A DNA stretch of 64,000 nucleotides, taken from contig JAWLCS010000008.1 of the NCBI GenBank assembly GCA_041687035.1, forward strand, positions 12,605-76,604, read 5' to 3'. Below, one piece after another: positions 26,226 to 35,608 of the stretch (its first letter is position 1; every line of letters begins with the position of its first letter). The notes under the pieces are model-generated. The model saw only the letters and a list, made by a program, of their open reading frames with translations, made no database searches and had not been told where the DNA came from. A program made the translations under genes and the position numbers. This DNA comes from Bacteroidales bacterium. GTDB taxonomy: Bacteria > Bacteroidota > Bacteroidia > Bacteroidales > UBA7960.

Positions 26226-26237
26226 AAGAGAAATAGT

Positions 26238-27734
26238 ATGCCCGCCGACAGTTCCGTTCAGCAGCGCTTCAGCACCCGGGCAGGCCTCCTGCTCAGCGCC
26301 CTTGGCATAGCCGTGGGTACCGGCAACATTTGGCGTTTCCCGCGCATTGCCGCCCAGAACGGGGGCGATGAAGGCGCCGGTGCACTCATTCTGGCATGGG
26401 TCATCTTCCTGTTCCTGTGGAGCGTGCCCCTGATCATTGCCGAATACGTGATTGGCCGCAAATACCGCTTCGGCGTGGTGGGCTCCTTCGTAAAAGGGAT
26501 GGGCAAACGCTTCGCCTGGATGGGCGCCTTCGTGGTGTTCGTAGCCACGGCCATCAGCTTCTTCTACGCGGTGATCGTAGGCTGGGCGCTTTACTATTTC
26601 TATCAAATGCTTTTCTTCCCCCTTCCAGGGAATACCCAGGAAGCAACCATTGTTTGGGATAGCTTTCAGCACAGCCTTTGGCCATTTGCCCTGCATTTTT
26701 TGGCAGTGGCCGTGGGTGCACTGGTGATCTGGAAGGGAATTAAATCCATTGAAAGGGTCAATAAGATTCTTATACCTGTTTTGATCCTGATCATATTTGC
26801 TGCTGTGATACGCGCCATTACCCTGCCCGGAGCCGGGCAGGGTATCGCGTATCTTTTCCGGGTGGATTGGTCGCAACTGAGCACACCCGGCATATGGCTG
26901 CAGGCCCTTACGCAGAATGCCTGGGATACCGGCGCCGGATGGGGACTGTTCATTGCTTATGCCGCCTATATGCACGCACGTCACGGCACGGTGAAAAATG
27001 CATTCATTACCGGACTGGGCAACAACTTCATCTCGCTGATCATGGCCATAATGATCTTCGGCACCGTGTTTTCGGTGCTGCAGCATGGACTTGGCTACAG
27101 CGATGGCCAGGTGCTCGAGGTGATGCAAACCAGCGGTCCGGCCAGCACAGGGCTCACCTTTATCTGGATGCCCCAGCTCTTTGCCCGAATGGGTGCAGGC
27201 GGAATTCTGTCCATTTTCTTCTTTCTGGGGCTGGCCTTTGCGGGATTTTCTTCGCTGATCTCCATGCTAGAACTGGCCTCCAGGACCCTGGTTGACCGCG
27301 GCATTCGCCGCAATCATGCCGTGCTCATTGTGGCCGCGGTGGTTTACCTGCTGGGTATCCCATCCGCCATGAGCCTGAATATTCTGAGTAACCAGGATTT
27401 TGTCTGGGGTCTCGGCCTGATGGTTTCGGGCGTGTTTATTGCCCTCTTCATGGCGAAGTATGGCCTGTCTAAATTGCGCGAAGAAACCGAACGAGCCCCG
27501 GGCGACTGGCCGCTGGGCAAATGGTGGGAGTACCTTATTCGTTTCTTTGTGCCCTCAGCTGGCGTAATTCTGCTCATCTGGTGGCTGGGGCTTACCATTA
27601 CCGAGTTTGCTCCGGGCGAATGGTTCAACCCTTTAAACCCCTTCAGCCTAATGACTGTGCTGCTGCAATGGGGTGTAGTTTTGACGTTGTTCATAATTTT
27701 CAACAAAAAGATTGGGAAGTTATATTCAGATTAA
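26238..27734 (+). CDS. Sodium-dependent transporter of the NSS (SNF) family
   Basis: 498 aa. It carries the hallmark GTGNIWRFPRIAAQNGG near the N-terminus and about 11-12 hydrophobic helices. It starts 12 nt after the tricorn-like gene. Confidence 0.9.
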   Translation: MPADSSVQQRFSTRAGLLLSALGIAVGTGNIWRFPRIAAQNGGDEGAGALILAWVIFLFLWSVPLIIAEYVIGRKYRFGVVGSFVKGMGKRFAWMGAFVVFVATAISFFYAVIVGWALYYFYQMLFFPLPGNTQEATIVWDSFQHSLWPFALHFLAVAVGALVIWKGIKSIERVNKILIPVLILIIFAAVIRAITLPGAGQGIAYLFRVDWSQLSTPGIWLQALTQNAWDTGAGWGLFIAYAAYMHARHGTVKNAFITGLGNNFISLIMAIMIFGTVFSVLQHGLGYSDGQVLEVMQTSGPASTGLTFIWMPQLFARMGAGGILSIFFFLGLAFAGFSSLISMLELASRTLVDRGIRRNHAVLIVAAVVYLLGIPSAMSLNILSNQDFVWGLGLMVSGVFIALFMAKYGLSKLREETERAPGDWPLGKWWEYLIRFFVPSAGVILLIWWLGLTITEFAPGEWFNPLNPFSLMTVLLQWGVVLTLFIIFNKKIGKLYSD

Positions 27735-27859
27735 TTTCAAAACATCTATCTTTACGGCTCTATTTCATTGAAATACAGCATTTAACGAAATCACTAAAAG
27801 TGACGATACATTCATATATTTTTTCCATTAACATTAACCAATCCAAAACGTAACACACA

Positions 27860-29965
27860 ATGAGAAAGTTTTTTCTGTTATTAATTCCTGCCGTTATGCT
27901 TATGTCAGGTTGTGGTGAACGTGCTGCCAAGGTTGAAAATCCATTCTTTGTTGAATGGGATACTCCGTTTGGCGTGCCACCTTTCGACAAGATCGACAAT
28001 GAAGATTTCTTGCCTGCTTATGAGGAAGCTATTAAGCAGCACAAAGCCGAGATTGAGGCCATCATCACCAACCCAGATGAGCCCACTTTCGAAAACACCA
28101 TCGTGGCCTATGATCAGGCTGGTGAGCTGATGAGTAAGGTAGGAGCAGTGTTTGGTGGCCTGCGTGGTGCCAACACCAACGATCGCCTTCAGGAGATCGC
28201 TCGCGAAACTACTCCGATGCTATCTGCCCACAGCAACGAGATCCGTATGAACCAGGATCTGTTTGGCCGCATCAAGGCTGTTTACGACAAGCGCGAAACA
28301 CTTGGTCTTGATCTGGAGCAGATGCGCCTTGTGGAAAAAATCTACCAGGATTTTGAGCGCGGCGGTGCCGCACTGCCCGAAGAGCAGCGCGAAGAGCTTA
28401 AGAAACTTAATGAGCGCATGAGCATGATTTCGTTGCAACTTAGCGAGAATTCGCTGAAAGAGAACAATGGTTTCAAGCTAATCCTTGAAGACGAAGCCGA
28501 CCTGGTTGGTCTACCACAGGATGTGATCAGCGCCGCTGCTGCCCTGGCCAAAAGAGATGGCCACGAAGGCAAATGGGTGATTGACCTCAGCAAACCCAGC
28601 TGGATTCCTTTCGTTACTTTCTCAGAACGCCGCGACTTGCGCGAGCAGATCTATACCGCCTATTTCATGCGCGGAAACAATGACAACGAAAACGACAACA
28701 AAGAACTTTTCGCTGAACTGATGAAACTGCGTCAGCAGGCATCACAACTTCTGGGTTACAACAATTATGCTGAATATTCCGTGAGCATCAACATGGCCGA
28801 AACCCCTGAGAATGTTTACAACTTCCTTTACCAGGTTTGGGAGCCCGCCCTGAAGCGTGCCAAGGCCGAGCGCGACGACATGCAGAAAATCATCAACCGC
28901 GAAGGCGATAACTTCGAACTCGAATCATGGGACTGGTGGTATTATGCAGAAAAGGTTCGCAAGGAAAAGTATGATCTGGATGAAGAAGAGATTAAGCCTT
29001 ATTTTGCCATTGACAATGTTCGTGATGGAGTTTTTTATGTAGCTAATCAGCTTTATGGTCTGGAATTTATTAAGCGTGATGACATTCCTGTTTACCACGA
29101 AGAAGTGGAAGCTTTTGAAGTGCTCGATTATGATGGCAGCCACCTGTCAGTGCTTTATATCGACCCCCACCCACGTCCGAGCAAGCGTGGCGGCGCATGG
29201 TGCGGCACTTACCGCAGCGGCGGCTACAAGGATGGCGAACGCATTACCCCTGTGGTAACCATGGTTATGAACTTCTCGCGCCCCACCGACGATAAGCCCG
29301 CCCTGCTCAGTTGGGATGAGGTAGAAACTTACTGGCACGAGTTTGGCCATGCCCTGCACAATTTCTTTGCTGATGGTCAGTATCGCCGCACTGCACGCAG
29401 CGTGCCCCGCGATTTTGTGGAGCTGCCATCGCAGGTGATGGAAAACTGGGCCGGCGAACCGGAAGTGCTGAAGGTATATGCCAAGCATTACGAAACCGGC
29501 GAACCCATTTCTGATGAACTGATCGATAAGCTTGGCAAAAGCCAGCACTTCAACCAGGGCTTCATCAACACCGAATACACCGCTTCCGCCATTTTGGATA
29601 TGGACTGGCACACGGCTGACCATAGTGGCGACATTGATGTAAACGCCTTTGAACAGGCTTCGATGAACCGTATTGGTCTGATCGACGAGATCGTGCCGCG
29701 TTATTACACCACCAACTTTGGTCACATTCACGGCACCGGCTACGCTGCTGGCTATTATGTGTACTTGTGGGCTGGCGTGCTCGATGCCGATGCTTTCTAC
29801 GCTTTCAAGGAAACCGGCGACCTGTTCAACCAGGAACTGGCAGCCAAATTCCGCGAGTATGTGCACGCTAAGAACTCCCTATACGAAGGTATGGACGCTT
29901 ATGTTCGCTTCCGCGGACAAGAACCTACCATAGATGGTTTGCTCAAGCAAAGGGGATTGAACTAA
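27860..29965 (+). CDS. dcp: M3 family peptidyl-dipeptidase (Dcp-like) lipoprotein
   Basis: 701 aa. Lipobox LMSGC and zinc motif WHEFGHALH. The overall M3A pattern includes YYAEKVRKEKYDLDEEEIKPYF. Confidence 0.88.
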   Translation: MRKFFLLLIPAVMLMSGCGERAAKVENPFFVEWDTPFGVPPFDKIDNEDFLPAYEEAIKQHKAEIEAIITNPDEPTFENTIVAYDQAGELMSKVGAVFGGLRGANTNDRLQEIARETTPMLSAHSNEIRMNQDLFGRIKAVYDKRETLGLDLEQMRLVEKIYQDFERGGAALPEEQREELKKLNERMSMISLQLSENSLKENNGFKLILEDEADLVGLPQDVISAAAALAKRDGHEGKWVIDLSKPSWIPFVTFSERRDLREQIYTAYFMRGNNDNENDNKELFAELMKLRQQASQLLGYNNYAEYSVSINMAETPENVYNFLYQVWEPALKRAKAERDDMQKIINREGDNFELESWDWWYYAEKVRKEKYDLDEEEIKPYFAIDNVRDGVFYVANQLYGLEFIKRDDIPVYHEEVEAFEVLDYDGSHLSVLYIDPHPRPSKRGGAWCGTYRSGGYKDGERITPVVTMVMNFSRPTDDKPALLSWDEVETYWHEFGHALHNFFADGQYRRTARSVPRDFVELPSQVMENWAGEPEVLKVYAKHYETGEPISDELIDKLGKSQHFNQGFINTEYTASAILDMDWHTADHSGDIDVNAFEQASMNRIGLIDEIVPRYYTTNFGHIHGTGYAAGYYVYLWAGVLDADAFYAFKETGDLFNQELAAKFREYVHAKNSLYEGMDAYVRFRGQEPTIDGLLKQRGLN

Positions 29966-29984
29966 TTCCTTAAAAAGAATTCAA

Positions 29985-30015
29985 AAGGGCATTGCGAGAG
30001 TGGTGCCCTTTTTTT
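29985..30015 (+). terminator. Intrinsic terminator after the dcp-like gene
   Basis: AAGGGCA ... TGCCCTT 7-bp stem with a 12-nt loop, followed by T7. Confidence 0.7.
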
Positions 30016-30089
30016 ATTGAGCTTAACAAAAAAATCTGCTAAGGATTTATTAAATTTAATTGTATTTTTGCTGCAATGACCTGAAAAGC

Positions 30090-30530
30090 ATGACTAAGCG
30101 CCTATCTTCCATACTTTTCGCTTCTCTCGCCAGTCTTATGCTGCTGGCACATGGCATTATTCCGCACCACCACCACGGCGATGCGGTTTGTTTTGAGGTG
30201 ATGCATTGCCATGGCTGCGAAAAACCCGACAATGATGCATGCCCCAAAGATCATGGCATGGATCACCCGGTCAGCAACGACGGGAAATGCTGTATTCTTG
30301 ATCACCTGGTTATGTTTCACCCCGAAAGCTCTAGGCACGATCTTGAAACGGCCAGCCTTCCGGCAGAAAAAGATTTCCCGGTATTTTTACAGCACGGCTT
30401 GCTTTCTCAGAACCCAGGCTATTTGTTCTCATTACAAAACCTTCCATTCAGGCAACACCCACCCGATAATACCTATCAGTTTCAATATACAGGCTATTGC
30501 CCTGGCTTGCGTGCACCTCCTTCTGCTTAA
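30090..30530 (+). CDS. Membrane-anchored His/Cys-rich hypothetical protein upstream of the RND metal-efflux genes
   Basis: The ORF-track start at 30060 is a TTG, so I prefer the ATG at 30090 (MTKRLSSILFASLASLMLLAHG). The hydrophobic anchor is followed by IIPHHHHGDAVCFEVMHCHGCEKPDNDACPKDHGMDH...KCCILDH. Whether it is truly coding is not proven. Confidence 0.45.
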   Translation: MTKRLSSILFASLASLMLLAHGIIPHHHHGDAVCFEVMHCHGCEKPDNDACPKDHGMDHPVSNDGKCCILDHLVMFHPESSRHDLETASLPAEKDFPVFLQHGLLSQNPGYLFSLQNLPFRQHPPDNTYQFQYTGYCPGLRAPPSA

Positions 30531-30619
30531 ATGATTTGTCTGCTTCCTTTGAAGCAAGGATGACCCATCTTGTTGTCCAGGCACCTTATTTTTTTTCAAA
30601 TCAATTTAACAGAAAACCC

Positions 30620-30904
30620 ATGAAAAAGTTGTTTTTCCTTCTTACCATAATTGGCATGCTTTGCGCTGCCTGCGGCGGTTCCACCGCTCAATCCGAAGCC
30701 CATACCCACGCCGAGGGCATAACCCATGTGCACACCGTCGATTGTGATCAGGGTCACGAACATGCAACCCCCGATCAGGAACATTTTGTGGCAGATGACC
30801 ACGATTGCGACCACGATCATGACCAAGACCATGACTGCGACCATGATCATGGCCACGGCAGTAAGGCACACAGCCATGATGGCGGCGAGCCCCATACGCA
30901 CTAA
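30620..30904 (+). CDS. Small His/Asp-rich lipoprotein, putative periplasmic metal-binding protein
   Basis: This is the in-frame ATG inside ORF 30497..30904. It gives MKKLFFLLTIIGMLCAACGG (lipobox). The mature part is dominated by His and Asp (HDCDHDHDQDHDCDHDHGHGSKAHSHD). Confidence 0.55.
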   Translation: MKKLFFLLTIIGMLCAACGGSTAQSEAHTHAEGITHVHTVDCDQGHEHATPDQEHFVADDHDCDHDHDQDHDCDHDHGHGSKAHSHDGGEPHTH

Positions 30905-30993
30905 GTTTTCTTTAAAGAACTGATTTTTCCGTTGGCACACCCTGCCCGGCAATTAGCTTTTTGTATCCTGTTCGGAATTAAAACAAATAAAAA

Positions 30994-32493
30994 ATGCGCA
31001 AAATTTTTATTGCCCTGCTGGCAATGCTTAGCTTGTTTCAGGGCTGCAAAAGTGGCCAGGATGGCCACAACCATTCGCACGACGATGTGTTTCTTTTTTT
31101 GACAGCTTATACCGATGAGCTGGAGGTTTTTGCTGAGGCAGAGCCCTTTGCTGTGGGTCAGACATCGGGCATTTACGCCCATTTTACCTGGCTTTCTGAT
31201 TTCAAGCCGCCCGAAGAAGCTACGGTAACCATGAGCCTGATCGTGGGCCGCGAAGGCATTCGTCAGACTGTTGAAACCCCTGTCAGGAAAGGCATTTACG
31301 CTTTCAGCCTTCAGCCGGTGGTGGCTGGGCAGGGGCAGGTGGTTTTTGATGTAAAAACCCCTTCCGGGGAATACCGTATCAATATTCCTAACGTAATGGT
31401 GTATGACGATGCCCATGATGCCATTCATGCCGCCGAGGATATGATGCTCGACGACCCCAACGCCATTGTATTTACCAAGGAACAGTCGTGGAAAGTTAGC
31501 TTCGCCACCGATTTTCCCCGGAAGGAGGCTTTTGGCCAGGTAATAAAAACTACGGCTCAGATTCTTCCTGCCCAGGGCGACGAGATTCTGGTGACAACGC
31601 GGGCAAGCGGCGTGGTCATGTTTTCTGCAGGCACCCTGCTCCCCGGTATGGAAGTGGCCTCGGGCAGGCCGTTAATGAGCGTTAGCTCAAGGGGAATGGC
31701 CGATAATAATATGGGCCTGCGACTTACCGAAGCCCGAAACAATTACGAGAAGGCCAGTGCCGATTTGAAGCGTGCCGAAGAGCTGGCCGCAGATCGGATC
31801 GTATCGGAAAGAGACCTTTTGCAAGCCCGCAACGATTTTGAAAATGCCCGTGCCGTGTATGAAAACCTCAGCCGCAATTTCAGCCAGTCGGGCCAGACCG
31901 TGTCGAGCCCATTGGCAGGCATTGTCAAAGACCTTATGGTTGAAAACGGGCAATATGTGGAGGCCGGACAGCCCCTTTTCAGTGTAATGCAAAATCGCCG
32001 GCTGCTGCTGCGCGCCGGGGTGCCCCTGCGCTATGCCCGCGACCTCATTGCCCTCGAAACAGCCAATATCAGCATTCCAAACCATGAGCAGACCTTTACG
32101 CTGGAGCAGCTTGGCGGAAAGATACTTTCGGTAGGCAGGGCGGCCAATCCCGATAATTACCTTATTCCGGTGCTGCTGGAGGTAAACCAAACCGGCGACT
32201 TGCTTCCAGGCGGGTTTGCCGAACTTTTCCTGGTTGCCCGCAGCCAGCAGGAGGTTGTCACCATTTCGCGCGAAGCACTAATGGAGGAGCAGGGAACTTA
32301 CTATGTATTTGTTCAGCTCACCCCTGAAATGTTTGCCAAACGCGAGGTGACCATTGGGGTTACCGACGGCCTTCGCATCGAGATAAGGCAAGGCCTTGAA
32401 CCAACCGACCGGGTGGTTACCAAAGGAGCCATTTGGGTAAAACTGGCCGAGTCCTCGGCCGCGCTCGACCCCCATGCAGGTCACGTACACTAA
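30994..32493 (+). CDS. RND efflux periplasmic adaptor (membrane fusion protein, CzcB/HlyD family)
   Basis: 499 aa lipoprotein (LFQGC) with a His-rich N-terminus (GHNHSHDD). It has a coiled-coil hairpin region (LTEARNNYEKASADLKRAEELAADRIVSERDLLQARNDFENAR) and barrel-sandwich motifs (SPLAGIVKDLMVENGQYVEAGQPLF). Confidence 0.85.
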   Translation: MRKIFIALLAMLSLFQGCKSGQDGHNHSHDDVFLFLTAYTDELEVFAEAEPFAVGQTSGIYAHFTWLSDFKPPEEATVTMSLIVGREGIRQTVETPVRKGIYAFSLQPVVAGQGQVVFDVKTPSGEYRINIPNVMVYDDAHDAIHAAEDMMLDDPNAIVFTKEQSWKVSFATDFPRKEAFGQVIKTTAQILPAQGDEILVTTRASGVVMFSAGTLLPGMEVASGRPLMSVSSRGMADNNMGLRLTEARNNYEKASADLKRAEELAADRIVSERDLLQARNDFENARAVYENLSRNFSQSGQTVSSPLAGIVKDLMVENGQYVEAGQPLFSVMQNRRLLLRAGVPLRYARDLIALETANISIPNHEQTFTLEQLGGKILSVGRAANPDNYLIPVLLEVNQTGDLLPGGFAELFLVARSQQEVVTISREALMEEQGTYYVFVQLTPEMFAKREVTIGVTDGLRIEIRQGLEPTDRVVTKGAIWVKLAESSAALDPHAGHVH

Positions 32494-32506
32494 AACCTGA
32501 AGCATT

Positions 32507-35500
32507 ATGTTAGACAGTATCATATTGTTTTCATTAAGGAACCGTTTCTTCATCCTGCTCACGGCGGTGGTGCTGGTGGTCTGGGGGCTTTATACCGGCA
32601 GCCGTATGGATGTTGACGTGTTTCCCGACCTTACGGCGCCCACGGTGGTGGTAATGACCGATGCCCATGGCATGGCTGCCGAGGAGGTGGAACGCCTGGT
32701 GACCTTTCCCATAGAAACGGCCGTGAACGGGGCTACCGGCGTGCGACGAGTGCGCTCGGCCTCCTCGCAGGGTTTTTCATTTGTATGGGTGGAATTCGAC
32801 TGGGGCACCGACATATTTCTTGCCCGCCAGATCGTAAGCGAGAAACTTATTACCGTATCGGCCGAGATGCCTTTCGGCGTAAGCCAACCCATGCTGGCCC
32901 CGCAGTCGAGTGTAATGGGCGAGATCATGTTCATTAGCGTGCAAGCCGACAGCACCTCTATGATGGAGCTGCGCACACTTTCTGACTGGGTTATTAAGCC
33001 AATGCTGCTGGCCACCAGCGGGGTGTCGCAGGTTACTATTGTGGGCGGCGACTACAAGCAATACCAGGTGCTGGCCGACCCATACCTTCTCAAATTTTAT
33101 GAGGTATCACTTTCTGAGCTTGCCGATATTTGCCGCGATTTCAGCAATAACTCTTCAGGCAGCGTACTGCGCCAGCACGGCAACGAATATGTGGTGCGTG
33201 GCATTGCTCGCAGCAACGACCTGGAAGAGTTGGGCAACTCCTTTATCAAATCGGCCAATGGACAGCCTGTAAGGGTGCGCGATGTGGCCGAAGTGATCGT
33301 TGGACCGGCACTCAAAATGGGTCACGGCTCTAAAAATGCCAGCCCGGCGGTGATCATTTCCGTGTCGAAACAACCCAACGTAAACACCTTGGAACTTACC
33401 CGCCGGCTGGAGGAAAACATTGCCAGCGTGCTGCAAACCCTGCCGCCCGATGTAGAGATCGACACCCGCATTTTTCGTCAAGCCGATTTTATTGAACGCT
33501 CGGTGCGCAATGTGCAAAACGCCTTGATAGAAGGGGCCATTTTTGTCGTGGTGATACTTTTCCTGTTCCTGGGAAGTTTCCGTACCACCATCATCTCTTT
33601 GATGGCCATTCCTATTTCATTGCTGGGCGCTGTGCTGGTGCTGAATGCCCTTGGGTTAAACATCAATACCATGAGCCTTGGCGGGATGGCCATCGCCATT
33701 GGTTCGGTAGTTGACGATGCCATTATTGATGTGGAAAATGCCTTTAAGCGCTTGCGCGAAAACTACCGTAAGCCTGCCGCAGAGCAGAAATCAAAATTTG
33801 TGGTGGTGTTTGAAACTTCAAAGGAAATCCGGTCATCAATTCTTAATGCCACCCTCATTATTATTGTGGCTTTTATCCCCTTGTTTTTCCTTTCGGGGAT
33901 GGAAGGCCGAATGCTTCGCCCACTGGGTATTGCATACATTGTGTCCCTGTTTGTGTCGCTTTTGGTAGCTATGACGCTGATTCCACTCATGTGTAAGCTT
34001 TTGCTCACAAACGACCGTTACCTTTCGAAGTATGATAAGGACCGCTGGCTTGCCAGAAACCTGAAGGATTCCTATCAGCAATCTCTGCAATGGGCACTTG
34101 GCCATCGCAAACTGGTCATTCTCTCTGCCTTGGGGCTTTTCCTGATTTCTATGGTCATTTTCACCACACTGGGCCGCTCCTTCTTGCCCGAGTTCAATGA
34201 AGGCTCGCTAACCATTGGTGCAGTCAGCAAGCCCGGCACTTCGCTCGAACAGAGCAACGAGATAGGCTACCTGATAGAGAAAGAACTGCTGTCCATTGCC
34301 GGGGTGACCGGCACTGCCCGCCGCACCGGCAGGGGAGAACTCGACGAACACTCGCAAAGTGTTAACAGCGCCGAGATTGACGTAAACTACCAGCTGAATG
34401 GCCGCAGCAACGAGTCGCTGGTGGCCGAGGTACGCGAAAAACTCTCGGGAATACCCGGAATAGCCTTTATGGTGATGCAGCCACTGGGGCACCGCATAGA
34501 TCATATGCTGTCGGGCACCAGTGCCAACATTGCCATAAAAATATTTGGCACCGACCTGGGACGAATGTACAATGTCGGAAACCAGATTGCTGCAGCCATT
34601 GGCGACATCGAAGGGCTGGTGGATGTGAACGTGGAGCAGCAGGTGGAAGTGCCTCAGCTTCAGATTCGCGCCAATCGCGAAATGCTGGCCCATTATGGTA
34701 TTACCATTGGTGAGTTCAACGAATTTGTGGAGCTGGCTTTTTCGGGAGAGCGAATAGGAGATATTTACGAAGGCCAGCAGCGCTTCGACCTCATTGTAAG
34801 GCTAAATCAGGACTACACCGCTTCCATGGACGGATTCCGGTCAGCCCTGATCGACACCCACGATGGCCGCAAGGTGCCGCTCGAACAGGTCGCAGAAATC
34901 GTTTCTGCCACCGGGCCCAGCTCCATCAGTCGTGAGAACGTGCAACGCAAGGTAGTCGTTTCGGCCAACGTGGCCGGCCGCGACCTGCTGGGAGCAGTTA
35001 GGGATATCCAGGAGGAGGTAAGCCAGCATATTGTTTTGCCCGAAGGGTACCGAATAGAATACGGCGGACAGTTTGAAAGTGAGGCCAGGGCTTCGCAAAC
35101 CTTGCTGCTAACTTCCATTATGGCAATATTTATCATTTTTTTGTTGCTTTACCAGGAATTCCGCAACCTCAGGCTGGCGGGTATTATACTGCTCAACCTG
35201 CCCCTGGCACTTATCGGGGGCGTGTTTTCCATTTATTTTACTTCAGGCATTCTAAGCATTCCGGCCATTATCGGGTTTATCACCCTTTTTGGCATTGCCA
35301 CGCGCAACGGTATTCTGTTGGTATCGCGCTACCAAAACCTGCAGGACGAAGGTGCTGAACTAATGGATACAGTCGTGCTTGGTTCAGTCGATCGCCTGAA
35401 CCCCATTCTTATGACAGCACTCACTGCTGCATTGGCATTGATACCCCTGGCATTGCAGGGCCACCTTTCGGGAAACGAGATTCAGAGCCCAATGGCTAAG

Positions 35501-35608
35501 GTGATTCTGGGCGGGCTGCTCACATCTACATTGTTGAATATTTACGTAGTGCCCGTCGTTTACAGCCTGCTTAGCGCAAAAGGACCCCTAAAAAAGGATG
35601 AGTTATGA
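32507..35608 (+). CDS. CusA/CzcA family heavy-metal efflux RND pump
   Basis: 1033 aa with 12-TM RND architecture. The N-terminus LDSIILFSLRNRFFILLTAVVLVVWG is typical, and the TM4 context is MSLGGMAIAIGSVVDDAIIDVEN. Confidence 0.93.
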   Translation: MLDSIILFSLRNRFFILLTAVVLVVWGLYTGSRMDVDVFPDLTAPTVVVMTDAHGMAAEEVERLVTFPIETAVNGATGVRRVRSASSQGFSFVWVEFDWGTDIFLARQIVSEKLITVSAEMPFGVSQPMLAPQSSVMGEIMFISVQADSTSMMELRTLSDWVIKPMLLATSGVSQVTIVGGDYKQYQVLADPYLLKFYEVSLSELADICRDFSNNSSGSVLRQHGNEYVVRGIARSNDLEELGNSFIKSANGQPVRVRDVAEVIVGPALKMGHGSKNASPAVIISVSKQPNVNTLELTRRLEENIASVLQTLPPDVEIDTRIFRQADFIERSVRNVQNALIEGAIFVVVILFLFLGSFRTTIISLMAIPISLLGAVLVLNALGLNINTMSLGGMAIAIGSVVDDAIIDVENAFKRLRENYRKPAAEQKSKFVVVFETSKEIRSSILNATLIIIVAFIPLFFLSGMEGRMLRPLGIAYIVSLFVSLLVAMTLIPLMCKLLLTNDRYLSKYDKDRWLARNLKDSYQQSLQWALGHRKLVILSALGLFLISMVIFTTLGRSFLPEFNEGSLTIGAVSKPGTSLEQSNEIGYLIEKELLSIAGVTGTARRTGRGELDEHSQSVNSAEIDVNYQLNGRSNESLVAEVREKLSGIPGIAFMVMQPLGHRIDHMLSGTSANIAIKIFGTDLGRMYNVGNQIAAAIGDIEGLVDVNVEQQVEVPQLQIRANREMLAHYGITIGEFNEFVELAFSGERIGDIYEGQQRFDLIVRLNQDYTASMDGFRSALIDTHDGRKVPLEQVAEIVSATGPSSISRENVQRKVVVSANVAGRDLLGAVRDIQEEVSQHIVLPEGYRIEYGGQFESEARASQTLLLTSIMAIFIIFLLLYQEFRNLRLAGIILLNLPLALIGGVFSIYFTSGILSIPAIIGFITLFGIATRNGILLVSRYQNLQDEGAELMDTVVLGSVDRLNPILMTALTAALALIPLALQGHLSGNEIQSPMAKVILGGLLTSTLLNIYVVPVVYSLLSAKGPLKKDEL

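Noticed and set aside
25446-27128. 560-aa minus-strand ORF spanning the tricorn/NSS gene junction
   Set aside because: It runs antisense to two strongly supported plus-strand genes and crosses their intergenic gap. The translation is a low-complexity His/Gly/Ala/Pro-rich string with no motifs. This is the typical shadow ORF of GC-rich coding DNA.
30497-30619. N-terminal 41-aa extension of the His-rich lipoprotein ORF
   Set aside because: The extension overlaps the end of the preceding ORF and has no signal-peptide character. The internal ATG at 30620 gives a textbook lipoprotein signal (MKKLFFLLTIIGMLCAAC).
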